Shown here: positions 63,268 to 64,000 of the stretch, one piece after another
Layout of the letters: every line of letters starts with the position of its first letter
Numbering within the stretch: position 1 is the first letter of the stretch
DNA from: Veleropilina oligotropha
Taxonomy: Eukaryota
Direction: 5' to 3'
NCBI GenBank assembly: GCA_048128005.1
Contig: JBEUKZ010000123.1
Coordinates: forward strand, 372,001 to 436,000
DNA length: 64,000 nucleotides
Made by a program: the position numbers and the translations under genes
Notes under the pieces: model-generated
The model's input: only the letters and a program-made list of their open reading frames with translations
What the model was told of the DNA's origin: nothing
Databases searched by the model: none

Positions 63268-64000
63268 TGATTGTGTCTACGATTACAGGACAGGCATGTC
63301 AACCGGACGTTCCACTTGTAGTGACCCTGACTGTCATCCAGGCGGTCGATACTGAACGTCTGCCCGTGGCACTTCGTGTAGCCCTGAAGAAGGAGAGCAC
63401 TATGACAGACCACGCACCTCTTGTCTGCAGCATCAATCATGTCGAGCACGTGGTTGACGGTGAGGTTATGGTATGCTCCCTCGTAACGGGGCCGGTTCTT
63501 ATGGCGATCCTCAACCATGTATCGCTTGAGCCTTGCGGCGATGAGCTCTCGCGAAGGTGTGGCCTGCTGATCGGTGGGAGTTATATCACCCTGAGCGTCG
63601 TCAGGCGGCAGAACCCTTACAATCTGATCCATCAACCGGGCCCGGCTCACTGCTGTGTATACGGCGTTGCTCACCCAGCCACTCAGACCGTGGTCGACGA
63701 TGTATAGGCGCCTGGGTGGTTGGATGGTCTTCCCTTGCACCCTATGCACCGTCCCCCACCCCGCATATTTCCACTCAGGCGGTAGCCCGTTCTCGACTAG
63801 TTCAAGGGGGACTTTGACAATGGTCCCTCGATAGGCCGGCACGGTTTTTGGACTACCCGGTATCTTTATAGGCAGACCCTGCTTGCGGTACCGGTGCGAG
63901 ATGCTATCGTCTGGGTCGAATCGAATATTAGCAGGAAGCCGGGGGTGTGTCTTTCTGTGCTGCCGGAGCAACTGGGTCTGGACATGCGCACCTAGATTGT
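63264..64000 (-). CDS. C-terminal part of an SF1 (Pif1/RecD-like) helicase fused to an HNH-like nuclease domain
   Basis: Motif V TVHRVQGKTI, motif VI YTAVSRAR; C-terminal CVVC...SIDRLDDSQGH..NVRLTCLSCN; frame stays open to the window edge. Confidence 0.8.
   Translation of the reverse strand, partial: NLGAHVQTQLLRQHRKTHPRLPANIRFDPDDSISHRYRKQGLPIKIPGSPKTVPAYRGTIVKVPLELVENGLPPEWKYAGWGTVHRVQGKTIQPPRRLYIVDHGLSGWVSNAVYTAVSRARLMDQIVRVLPPDDAQGDITPTDQQATPSRELIAARLKRYMVEDRHKNRPRYEGAYHNLTVNHVLDMIDAADKRCVVCHSALLLQGYTKCHGQTFSIDRLDDSQGHYKWNVRLTCLSCNRRHNH

Larger units (their letters stand above)
53137..64000. mobile_element. Endogenous Polinton-like / MELD-type dsDNA virus (left part; continues beyond window)
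   Basis: Abrupt switch to GC-richer, intronless, tightly packed ORFs; integrase, A32-type ATPase, capsid-like proteins and SF1 helicase. Left boundary (G15 run at 53137-53151) is approximate. Confidence 0.88.

Noticed and set aside
55718..63817. Many short overlapping or antisense ORFs inside the viral genes
   Set aside because: Shadow frames of GC-richer coding sequence with no recognisable motifs.
53137..64000. Bacterial prophage or contaminant
   Set aside because: The rve integrase + A32 ATPase + jelly-roll capsid combination is eukaryotic Polinton-like; no terminase, portal, tail genes or obvious Shine-Dalgarno motifs. The junction still needs read confirmation.

Overview
AT-rich, repeat-dense, intron-containing animal genomic DNA (invertebrate; the repeat families look mollusc/lophotrochozoan-like, which is inference). 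Two host genes are recognisable: NDUFA11 (minus strand, exons at 12164-12428 and 790-912, continuing off the left edge) and a complete 7-coding-exon SARAF/TMEM66 (24855-35844). Mobile DNA includes an inverted Penelope-like retroelement with minimal hammerhead ribozymes in a (TA)n tract, a 5'-truncated LINE with an intact 689-codon RT frame inside a near-perfect 27-bp tandem array, an apparently intact hAT transposon with a 5-bp TSD in a SARAF intron, a Kolobok-like relic, and many MITEs and SINEs. From about 53137 to the right edge the sequence becomes GC-richer, intronless and gene-dense: an endogenous Polinton/PLV/MELD-type dsDNA virus with putative major and minor capsid proteins, A32-type packaging ATPase, DDE integrase and an SF1 helicase-HNH protein. 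It also carries a secreted cystine-knot (IL-17-like) candidate and mirror-symmetric TAAATG/TACAATATG start sites, suggesting a possible helper-virus-dependent lifestyle. All calls were made by eye from motifs; no database searches were run.
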